Below, piece by piece: positions 25,001 through 37,100 of a stretch of 64,000 bases of DNA (its first letter is position 1; each line of letters starts with the position of its first letter). The position numbers were made by a program, and so were the translations under genes. The DNA lies in assembly GCA_032718475.1 (NCBI GenBank), contig JAUCBJ010008450.1, forward strand, positions 64,446-128,445, written 5' to 3'. Below the pieces are notes generated by a model. It was given only the letters and a program-made list of their open reading frames with translations. It did not search any database and had not been told where the DNA came from. The stretch comes from Nemertoderma westbladi (Eukaryota > Animalia > Xenacoelomorpha).

Positions 25001-28000
25001 TGTATTTACTTAGAAATATATTTTTTAAATGTCGTTTAAAAGTTGCAAGGTTTGGTGACTTGATTACATCGATATGGAGCGAATTCCATAATTTTACCGA
25101 TTTCACAATTATACTATCGTGACCAAACCTATTTTTAGATTTTGGAATAACGATATTCCCAGTTCGTGGATTTAACCTAATATTGTTTTTTGCTAAAAAC
25201 GGCAGATCCAAAGTTTTAAAAGCTTCTGTAAGCTTATGCATATATTTGTAAAAGTATATAAGCGCATAATATTCTCGAACTGCAGAGAGTAACGGAATTT
25301 CGCCTTTCTGCCTCAACTCCGTTCCACTGCTGTCGGTAATTTTCTTCCCGAAAATAGTGCGTAATGCGTAATTTTGTACCTTTTCAAATTTATAAAGCAG
25401 TTCCTTTGAACCATGTTTGTCATGGAGAGACACAAGCAGCTGACAACAATAATTATGATAGGGCATAGTAAGCGTTTTATATAATTGCAATTTAGTTTTA
25501 TTGGGCAATTGACCCTTTATTATTCGTAAACAAGAAATGGTAAGAGTCATTTTTTGGATCATTTTCCCTATGTAATCTTTCCAATTTAGCTCGTTATCAA
25601 TGTTCACTCCCAGATATTTTACTGATGGAGATTGTGGAATAGGTTCAGGGCAGCCTACATTTAATTTTATGGATGAGAAGTCAGCTCTATTTTCTGGGCT
25701 GATTTGCTTCGGAGATAAAAGGAGAAATTCCGTTTTGTCTGGGTTCAGTTTCAAATGAGAATCATTAAATATTTTTTGAATTTTCTGAACATTCGACTCT
25801 AACAATTTTGTAGCTTGTTCTGGATCTGAGTCAGCCACATAAATAACTGTATCATCAGCATACTGTATAATTGAAACATTTGTCAGTTGTTCTGGAATGT
25901 TATTGGTATATAGCATGAATAATAGAGGCCCTAAAATGGTACCTTGGGGAACGCCCCTTGTTTCAGTTAGCCAATCAGAAAAAGTATTTTCTACTTTAAC
26001 ACGTTGCTTCCTTTTCAATAGGTAATTTTGTATGAGGTTCAGTGCAGTCGAGTGGAAGCCTAAATGTTTGAGTCTGTGATTCAAAATGTCATGATTTATA
26101 GAGTTGAAAGCTTTGCTTAGGTCTAAAAATGCGGCTGCGACAAATTTGTTGTCATTCAAATGTTGACGCCAATTCTCAGTTAAGTAAGTAACTGCATCAA
26201 CAGTAGAAAATCCTGTTCGGAAACCAAATTGTTTTGGGTATAAAAGCTTATTATCTTTGACATATTCAAGTATTTGAGAACACATAATTTTTTCAACAAC
26301 TTTGGCAAAAGGAGACGTTATTGCAACTGGTCTGTAGTTCGCAGCATCAAATAGATCACCTTTTTTATAAATTGGGGAAATATTCGACAATTTTAGATGG
26401 TCTGGGAATAAAGATTTCGTCAAACATTGATTTATTAGAAAATGCAACGGGCCCGAAATGTGAGATCGAATTTCCCTTATTATTTTTGTAGGTATTTTAC
26501 AAGGTCCAGAGGACTTATTTTCATTTAATTGATCAATTCTATAGTCTACTTCTAATAGACTCACGCATTTAAATGAAAAATGAGCTCGGTTTTGTACGGA
26601 GTCGACTGGTAGGGTATAAATGCCCATATTGGTCGACGAGCAATTAAAAAAGTTCCCTAAATTTAGAAAAGTTTCATTCATGGCATTTGATAATTGTTTT
26701 CTGTTAGTTATTAAAATACCTCTGTATTTGATACAGTTAATGGAGGCACTTTTGATTTTATTATTTATAATTTTATTAATTATTTTCCACCTTGATTTGC
26801 TGTCCCTGGCACTCAGATATTTATTTTTTACGAAATTATTCTTTAGTTTATTGTTCAGATTATTAAACTTATTTCGCAATAATTTGTATGCTTTGTAATC
26901 GTTATCACTTTTTGTACGGCGCCAAAGTGCAAATTTTTTATATTTATTGGTTTTTAACTCATTAAGTTCATCTGTTGCCCAGTCATCTCTCATCATATTT
27001 TTATTAGGAATGACTAGTTTACGTTTCATAGGGGCATATTTATTCAGTATTTCCACTATCTGATTTTCAAAAATCTCAAATTGTTTATTGATATCATCCT
27101 CAAGATAAAAATCATTCCAGATAATATTCTCAATTTCATTTAAAAAGGCACCTTTGTTAAAATCAGTAAAATTCCTATACTCAATCCACTCGTTGTCTTT
27201 CTTTACCATTTTATTAAATTTATGTTTAATTGATGTCACTGTGTAATCATGATCTGAGAAATCGCATAAATATACACTGCCAGTGGAATTAGAAATAGTA
27301 GTTCGATTCAGACTAGTTATTACCACGTCTAAAAGTGTGGAAGTTTTATCCGTGGTTCTAGTTGGCACTGTTGTATTTGTTAGGTACAATGTATACAAAT
27401 TTAAGATGTCATTGAGAGCTGAAAGTCTCGTATTATTAACTCCTGAAGTCCCCAAAATGTTTACATTTAGGTCACCTTGGATAATTAATTTTTTATTTGG
27501 TTCCAGAATTTGTGCATTTTCAATTTCCTCTGAAAAACTGTTAAAAAAGTTAGTATTTATTTTAATTCTAGTTCTGGGCGGACGATAAACAGTGCAAACC
27601 AAAATATCGTCTATTTCCACCCATATCGATTCTAAAACCCCGTTAGTTTTGATATCGGGTCTAACCCTACTATTTATATGTTCTGGAACATATGTTAAGA
27701 CTCCACCCCCCTTCCTTCCCCTTCTGTCTTGCCTATAAATTTTATAACCGGGAATGGCTACTGCTTTATCGCTAATATGTTTCTTTAACCACGTTTCGGT
27801 TACAGATAAAATGCAGTTATTTGAACCCCTCAGCAAACTGCGTACATGATCGATATTTTTAAATAAACTTCTAGCATTTATTTGAATAAAATGAAATGTT
27901 TGACTGTTAGACCGAATAAAAGATTTCAGATCTACCTGTATATCATCAATCTGAGGGCCAGGGTTCGGGTGGATGTCTCCAGCTAGAGCTAATAGATTGT

Positions 28001-31000
28001 TTACTGTGAGACTCACAATTAAAATAGAACTTATTACTACACGGACATATAATAATGTACTTAATTTAAAACTCGAAATAATAAAACTCAAAATTAATTT
28101 GGTATTTCTAGTTTGTGTTTCTGGGCGGAAAGTATAATCACACACAGGTGGCGAATACAACATGGTTGTAATTCGACTACTACAGTGAAATAAAATACCG
28201 GATAAAACGGTAGTGAACAAGACATATAAAACCATTGAAATAAAAACGTTTCGGCGTTTACAGTTAAAATTATTATATTTATTACTAGAGGCCCATATAT
28301 AGCGACTCAGAAAAAAACAGAGAGTGAATAGTGTCACCATATAATGGTACCCTGGTGGGTGTAAAATAGCTGGTGCCATCGACTGCCCCCCAGAGAGAGC
28401 CCCAAATGTTCCTCTGTGAATACAGATTATCAGAAAAATTCCCAATATTGTTTTTAAATTAAAATACTTGAATTTTTGTGGTTGGCGTTTTTGCCGCCCT
28501 CTATACATAGTTCTTGAATTAAATTTCAACCTATCAAACCAAATATTCACAAAAATAAAAATTAATGGAATTAAAAGTACAAAGACGCTAAATAGTAAAA
28601 TCAATGTGACTATAACAGTTAAGAAATATAGTACAAGTGAAATAAAAACAAGGATTTGTTTCCGTAGGTAGAGGACGATTACAACTAAAAGTAAAATCGC
28701 CTCTGCAAAAATTAAAATCGATGTTTGAGTGAGTATATAAATGACTTGGGGTATTACGTTGAGGTTAGGCGAAATGGGTGGTATTACATATATCCAATTT
28801 AGAATCGCATATATGATTGTATATAGGAATAAAATTACTAAAGTAGTTACATTTACAGTTAAGGTCGCGAACATGATAGTTTGTCATTAGGAATAAAATA
28901 CTAAAATTATAAAAGTGTTAAAATACCAGTTAAAGTTACATGGAAATATTAATTACCGGTAATTAAGGTCTAGGCATCAATAGCCTGTAAAAACGTAATT
29001 AGTGCACCGATAACCCCCTTAGAAACTGCAGGACCTCCCTCAGAAGGGGGGGGATGGTCGCGTCTGTGGGGGAGGCCCTGTAGGGGGTTGCTGGGAGGGC
29101 CAGGGTTGGGTCGGGTACCCCTGGGTGGTTGGACGACCCGCCCATGGCGCTATGGGAGTCAGTTTGCGTCCCGAGATGGCAGTGGGAGCTGGCGGAGCCG
29201 GAGGCGGAGGGGAGCCCAACCAGTGAGCGCCGGGTGCTTGGTTACCGTGGTAACGGTAGGTAGCGTGAGAAGCACCAGCACTGGGGCGAACTTTCTCGAC
29301 GATGGCGCGAACGAGTAACCCGATATTCTGTTGTTTAATATGTTTACTGTCGTATAGGTGGTTGGCTGTAATCGAGTGCTCGGTGAAGGTTATGTTGTTT
29401 TCATGGCACATCGTTGCGAGGAGCTGGTTGGGGTAGGTTACGTTGCGGTCTTTTCGTGCGATAATTGATCCGACAATAATGCGACATTTTGGCCACACCG
29501 TCTTTATTGCTACAGCTCCGTCACGGATGTTCTTACAGACGGAGCGGACCGACGAATTATCGATGTCATTAGTACCAGTTTGGATGTAAACCGTGTCGAT
29601 GTTCTTGTACGTAGAGGAAGCAGTTGTAATAGTGGATGGAATCTGTGCTGCCGTGCTACAGGGAACCATTTTAGCGTCGTGACGTATCTTCCTCGGATAT
29701 ATATATTTCCTGTTGCTGTCCATCAGTAGGAGACAGCGGGTGGCCCTTTCAGGTCGACTAACGTTGGTAAAGGGCGCTTCATTAGGCTGGTTCGGGGAAT
29801 GCGGCATGGTTGTCTGGGTGGTAGTCGCCGGGGGCTTGGTTGTCTGGGTGGTAGTCGCCGGGGGCTTGGTCGTCTGGGTGGTAGTCGCCGGGGGCTTGGT
29901 CGTCTGGGTGGTAGCCGCCGGGGGCATCGTCGCTTGGAGTGGTGAGGCTGGACGCGGGGTCGCTTGGCGTGGTGTCGCTGGGCGCGGGGTCGCTTGGCGT
30001 GGTGTCGCTGGGTGCGGGGTCGCTGGGTGCGGGGTCGCTGGGTGCGGGGTCGCTTGGTGTGGTGTCGCTGGGCGTGGAGTTACCGGAGGTGGGAGGAGAT
30101 TGTCCTCCCCATCCCCAACCTGGATGACCGACTCGTCTCGGGGAGTTTGCTCCCGCAGGAAGACAGTGCGGTCCATAATCGTATCATCCAGGTTAACAAG
30201 GGGGAAGTTATGAGGATGGTGGAGGGAGTCTAGCTCTTTGCGATAATCCTGGAGTAGCTGGTGGTCGATGTTACGTTGTTTAGTTAGCTGGACCACGCGC
30301 TTTTCTAGGTCAGACAGTCTCGTCAGTAGGACGTCAACTAAATCATCACAAAGTTGATTAGTAGAGGTGGTCTGGGAGGTGGTGGCAGTTTTAGATGTAG
30401 GGACTTCGCCCGAACTGAGAGTCCGTCGAGATTTCTTTGGTGGCGGTGGTGGTGTTCATTCAACTGGCATTGTTGCGGGCGTGTATGGCGGATCCTGGCT
30501 GCCTGGAGAGACTAAAGAGGAATCGAAGAGTTGTGGATTGTTCTCAGTACCGGTAGTCAGGTTGTTAATCCTGTAATCAGGTAGTCAATAATCCTGCCAA
30601 GTACAGCAGTAGTGTGTAAATGGCGGCAACATGAATAATTGTGTCTGATCTGATCTGATTGATCTGATTGCTGCAATAATTTCATCAGGAATCCCATATA
30701 ATGAAAGTATGCTGAACATACGTGAGCGAGAGACTGAATCAAAGGCCTTGAAGAAGTCAACAAATATAACAGCCGGATGCCTGTCTTTCTTTTTTGATAA
30801 CTCTTCAATTATCCTTCTAAGTGCCAAAATGGGCTCCATGGTCCCACGACCTTTACGGAACCCATTCTGATTTCCACGGAGCAGTCTCTCAATGGGATCC
30901 CTGATGCGATTTAATAGAATTCTATTGCATAGCTTTGCAGCAATCGAGATCGATGAGATTCCCCGAAAAGAACCATAGAGTGTTAGGTTGCCCTTCTTGG

Positions 31001-34000
31001 GAACTGGCACCAACTTTTTTGTTTTCATTTCTTGTGGGACTCTTGTTGTGCGGTACATGTCTACTATGATGGGATAGATGAGTTTTAAACACTCAGTCTC
31101 AACACTCAGCTGTAGTGTGAAGCTGGATCTCATACTTGGCTGTTGCAACAGAGAGGACCAGATTTCGTTGTTCTGCTAGCACGCAGACTAAGTCTTACCT
31201 TGGCCACAATAAGGCGGTGATCACTGGAGAAGGGTCGTAGTGTAAATGCATCACAGTCTTGTATAGAGCTCCTGTATTTCCTACGAAACAGGATATGGTC
31301 TATCTGGGACTTGTGACCACTGGGTCCACTATGAGTCCATAGCTTTCCAGTTCGCTTCTTGAACTGGGTTCCAGCCAAAAACAATCCATTACCAGAGATA
31401 AAATCCTGAAGATGGACGGAATTTCGGTTAACACTATTGCTATAGACCCAGGGCGATGTAGGTGATTGATGCAGACTTGCATTAAAGTCTCTCAGGAATG
31501 TTAAGAATGCATGCTGATCCACTCCATCAGTAGCTGCTTGTAGATTCTGGTAGAAATTTTCCACTTCATCTACAGGGACAACACTAGTTGGAGAGTAGCA
31601 CACAATCAGAATCACCTTAGGAAACTTCTTAGCCAGTCTTCCAGAACATGAGAAGTGGCAACGGATGATGCAGTTAGAGATTTGGTCTATTTTGTCCAAT
31701 GCTGCATGTGCAGTTGGATTCATCAATAGACCAATTCCACCGTTGCCACGAATCCCTCTCCCCCTCACAATCTGGCCTCCCTGGTGATCCAGGGTTTGGA
31801 CCAGAAAAGTCACCAGGAAAGGGACTCAAAGAATTGTTTGCTGCTCTCTCTCCAGTAGGAGGTGAGACAGGCAGCCGCTCAGGAGATAACTGACGCCTGT
31901 GAGGCCGATTGTGTCCAGTCATTCCACTGGCCTCTAGTGGCTGGACCTCCGCATTACTAATGTAATCCATAGTGGGGGTTGGGGGGTGCTTTTTTGCCGA
32001 GTCAGCTCTCGGGGCAAATACCACACTCTGGTTTGCCATTCCACAGGGTGGGTGTCGCAGTGGAGTCAGATATGAGGCCCATCACCCATATCTACTCTGG
32101 CGCACATGACCCACCATTGGCTGTGCAGCTCATCTGCTGGGTCATGCCCGGTACCCCTGTTGCCAGTTGCAGGTCGCAGTGAAGTGCACTCAGAGTGGAC
32201 ATGAGAACACTCTACTCCTGACCAGCCATTGGTAGATCACCATCTGCCTGGCCAGGCCATATACCCCTGCAGCCAAGTATATGGGTCCTTAATCCAGGAC
32301 CAAGGGCGTCCTTATCCCAGAACGAAGGGGGTCCTAGTTACAGGACCAGATTTGCCCTAGTAAGAGGGTCTGTGCAGCTACAGGTGGCACCTCCTTTATG
32401 CTGCATGGAGGTGGCAAGTTTTCTTGATAAATGACCTAGAATACCTGACCTGACCTGATCATTGTGTACAATCAAGTGTGTACCTGTACATTGTACATTC
32501 TTGTATAATGCATACATCACAAACTAGGTCCTATATAGGTCTGCAGACTGCAGAATCTCACTGGCCCCCCCAAGATTGAGACAGAAAGTCGCTCCACTTT
32601 GCAAGACATTGTTTCGCCATGGGGATCAGCCTCAGCATGTTCACAATTGAATGCTTTGGTGGTCCAATGAAGAAAATATGCAAGTGAGAGGCAAAAAAAC
32701 ACTCGCCATAACATTGTGGATGATCTTGTGAAATACAGTTGATACAGGAGAATTGTGGCAGCACAATATTGTGTGATTGAAAAATACCCCCCCCCCCCCC
32801 CCCCCCCCATAATAGGCTGGTTACTTCTACAATTTCCATGGTGGCAAGCAATTATCATCCATCATGGATTTCAATTTTTAGGAATGGTGTATATTCCATT
32901 AATGGATCTCTTGTCTTTGGCACCAAACATAGACTTTCACATATAAGCACATTGTAGCTGATAATAAAATTACCTTCAGTATAGATTAGCATATGGGATG
33001 ACTCCCATATGCTTGTTAGTTTATTTAATGCAGATCATCCCTTGACTCGGACTCAGCAGATTCACTAATTGACAGAAAAACATCAAGGACCAGAAGAAGT
33101 TTTATTTTCCAGGAAAAGTGTTCTACGGTTTTACATTTCTACATGTTCTCATCTACATCTACATCTTCTAAGGTTACATCCATTTCTTTACATTCTAAGG
33201 CTTTACATTATTATCATTATGATGAGTTTGGATCTCCACGTATACATAACACCACTTTGACTACAACCAAAATCCAGTGTTCTTGTCAATGTTCTTTCTC
33301 TCCCACAAATTTTCTAAGCTTCTCCAATGAATTCAAGGTTATTCATAGCATGGCCTACTTATTTAAGTAGACCATGTTCATAGATTGCCCAATGAAAATT
33401 TTGTAGGACTTCAAATTTATTATCCAATTCATCTTGCAGTTGCATGGTGATATGATCAATTAAACAGTAAGAGTTGAATCCAGCAGAGAAGACTACTCTG
33501 ATTTATTAGTGTGTACATCTTCTATATTGATCATAAACTTCAACAGAAATGTCATCACACACCCTTTTTGTCAATTGTCAAACTTAGTTCTCTACAGCAA
33601 ATACCTGTTTCTATGAATACAATTAGAGCAATCCTCTCTGCTGGGGTTGCCTAATATACAACACTCTGGTGAATAAATAAATTCATAAACAGTTTTTCTG
33701 ACTGGCCTTGCCAAGTTCCAAGTTAGTGCAGTCTTGAGGGAGAGGCATCCGAGACTGATGTTGTGGGATGCCACACTAAAGTTTAACTAATTATACAATT
33801 TATGACAAATAAATATAACAAATTATGTTTTATCTAAGATATATTCTTGCAATTGTTTCCAGGATGGGATCATGCTATTTGAAGACCCAAATTTCGGAGG
33901 TTTTGAAGCAGATCTTCAAAAGGACGTAGAAGATTTCACTATTCACCATGGGCACATAAACGAAGTAATCAGCTCTCTCATTATTGTTGGCGGTACTTGG

Positions 34001-34150
34001 GAGGTTTTTGAGTTAGTCAAGTGTTTGAGAATACAATCAGATATTTGTGAAATACATAAATGGGCAACAATTTCAACTTCAAGATATTTATATCAATACA
34101 TAAGGATAACTAATATCTAATATAGATTTTTTTATTTTTAGATATTTATT

Positions 34151-34182
<32 letters not shown>

Positions 34183-37100
34183 AAAAATAATAATAATATA
34201 TAACTATTAAGAAAAAGGTTGAATGTTGTATTCATTAACAGCAGTGTTGTTTTCAATTGAAGCAGCAAAAAGGGTGTAAAAAGGGTGTAAGGCTGATTTT
34301 GCGGTTTCAAGGGTAATGCATTTTCTGGGGTAAAAATCCACGCTGCATCGATTGGCCACTTTGCTTAAGCCATATATTTGTTTTTTTTTATCGAGATAAT
34401 TTAATGTAAAAAAATAGTGCTTTTGAAGTCAGTAGAAAAAGGGTGTAACTGCCAAAGATATACCCTTATGCATCTCACTACTCAAAAAGTGTTTGCAGTA
34501 TCCACATTTCAGGTACCGGTTTAAAGAGTCTATAACAGCGTGACAGTGTCAAGTACCCAGTATCATTTATTATTGATGATTTTGGTGAATGAGTGGTTTC
34601 ATATTATTATAACTTTTTGCCAGCAGAGGATGGTATGGCAGATGGGAGGCCATGAGGAGGTAAATTGCGGACATACAAGGTATCAAATAGTATTTCTAGG
34701 TCTATCTTTTACCTGAGCCGCTAGCTGAATGGTTAGAGCATCAGACTTCCAACCCGGAGGTCACCAGTTCGATCCCACCTGGACGTCATTGCCGACTTTA
34801 CAAAACCCAGTATCATGTAATACCATAGTGATAGTTTTTCTCTATCTCAATGCTAATAGTAGGACATTAGTAAGTACTGTGTTTAAGAACACCTTCCTCA
34901 TATTTTTAATCTAGTTTTAAGTAAGATGATCTAATTTGATGTCAAAATTGTATTGGTGTAAATTAAAATGCTTTTGGTGTTATGTTTTTTCAATTTTTCT
35001 AATTTGTGCAATATTATTATTATATTATTATATTTATCTGCAATATATAATAGCAATTTATTTTATATTCTTAATATATTTACTAAGTTGTCAACGCTTA
35101 TTATTGACTATAATTTTGCAGAGATGCGGATTTCTCTGGTGTTGGTAGTCTAGAACTCTACCCCGGCGTTTATCCTTTTAATGACTTTTTTCTTCCTGCT
35201 GGAGTTAACTTAGTATCATCAGCGAAACGAGTACAGCTAACAGTTGATAACAACACCTGCCATAATGAGATTATTTTATTCAGTAAAGAGAACTTCAAGG
35301 TTAGTGAGTAAATGCTAGAGGGACACTTAAATTCGAGAGATATAGCCATGGAGACACTACTACTATCACAACAATATAAAGCAATAGACCATAATTTGTA
35401 TTGTATTCTTAACAAATGTCTGATGTCTGAAGGAAGACCTTACAGAATTCATAACAGGAAGGTGGGAGAGGATAGTACAAACAAGAACAACAACATGAAC
35501 AACAAAGAACAAAATTATTCTAGATAATTATTAATGACAAACCATATAGTACAATAGTTTCGAAAAAAAGACCACAAAAATATTTATGTTTCAGTTCACG
35601 GCAATCAAATAACTATAAAATCAGTAGGCCTTGTCATTCTTTCTCGTAAAAAAAATTGTAAAAGAAAAATATATTTAATTCATTATAAACGTACAGTAAT
35701 ACATGCTTTATATATAAGTGTATACATATGCATCACACATAGATATCGTAATAACAAGCTACCAAAAATAAAGAAATTGAAAAATAATTATATTTGATAC
35801 ATAAACAGGACCTCCATGAAGTACTTACACATACACATGTAGATATTACTCTTATTGGGCGTAAAGTACTGACTGAGGCTATGAAAGACGAGTTGCTTAT
35901 ATTAAAAGTCACAGAGGGCAGAGAATAGGTAAGGGGTGTTTCATCCTGAATTGTCAAGTCATCACATTGACAAACTCACCAGTGGTGTGGCACGGGGCTC
36001 CATCTACCGTTTTCTACACGAAGTTTGTGTCAGATTAACCATAGTCAAGTAAAAATTACTCTGAGGTGGTCTGAAATATATTAAGCTCTATTGCGGTATA
36101 TATCATGACTACGAAGATCTGGGTTTAGAATCGTCCTGTACATGATTAACTTTGTCGCAGTGTCTGGATTCTAGAATGAATGGCTCCCTGGGGGTCTGAG
36201 TCATCGAACTCAATAAATTTTTGAGGAAATGGAAACCGTTTATGATCTCTTGCACATATCAAACTCCACATGGAATGGAATTTCATAATCTGGATTTCTA
36301 AACATCTTCAATAAAAATATCTTCCTAGAGTGCGAGACCCGGTAGGGCAATGAGCTCACCCTGTGTGGCGATATTAGTATAACCAAGGTTCCATATGACA
36401 GAGACAATTGCAATTCGGACAGATTAGTTTTATTTCACATATTTGTCTTTTATGAAATAAAAGGTAGATTCTTTATAGGGCCGCTAGAGGGCCATCACTA
36501 CTAATTATCCGTTGACAATTTCCTGAAAATTCACGTGGAATTACAGAATGTAGTAAAAATTGTACAAATTATGAGATATGAAATATTTTTTCAGCAAATA
36601 ATTTAAATGTATTTATGGGGAATATGTGCTGGGGTCCATAAACAAGTTATAAACTTGATTTATCTGATATCCATTTATATTAAAACCAATTGAGATAATT
36701 AACTAAAATAATACAAAGTGATTTGTTCGCGGTGGCAAAGTTAACAATTTCAAGAAATTTTCAAAAATATCTGATATTTGCTGGATTTGTTTGGGGGTAA
36801 AGTTTATGCTTTAAAGGTTTAATTCTTGATTTGTCATCTATTTTAAATACCATCGCCTCTATCTAGACATGGGGAATCAATCACGTTCAAAATTTTAAAT
36901 TTTCAAAAAAAAATATAAATAGCCCCCATCCATTAAAATTTCATTTGAGATGTGCTGTGGTCAAACATTAATTTAAATTCAGATTTTAAAATTATTTTCA
37001 TTTCGCACAAAGTTTTATTAGGGAAAATCTATAATTCAAAAAAATAAATTTCGATCCTCCCTTTGGGTGCACAACCACTGCATTATAAATATTATTCTTA

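Larger units (their letters stand above)
24630..30650 (-). mobile_element. Full-length L2/CR1-group LINE with (TTA)n tail
   Basis: 5'UTR, ORF1, intact ORF2, 3'UTR with AATAAA then TTA repeats; bounded by a 131-bp direct duplication of the RTE target. Confidence 0.9.
23620..32400 (-). mobile_element. Degenerate RTE LINE split by the L2/CR1-group insertion (5' part about 30660-32400, 3' part about 23620-24629)
   Basis: Endonuclease motifs (CYSPT, DFNA, QIDHIL, SDH) at 31130-31813; RT motifs FVDFFKAFDSV, GVLQGDTLAPFLF, DLDFADD, FCYLGS. Confidence 0.85.

Noticed and set aside
34624-34680. Possible crystallin exon (RGWYGRWEAMR)
   Set aside because: Runs into a stop; the 35122-35299 exon already supplies the missing motif in the correct phase.
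34715-34790. Functional tRNA-Gly gene
   Set aside because: Acceptor, anticodon and T stems pair poorly; better explained as a SINE head or pseudogene.
36066-36145. Crystallin-like peptide GGLKYIKLYCGIYHDYEDLG
   Set aside because: Wrong phase, no donor site, and it lies antisense within a LINE remnant.
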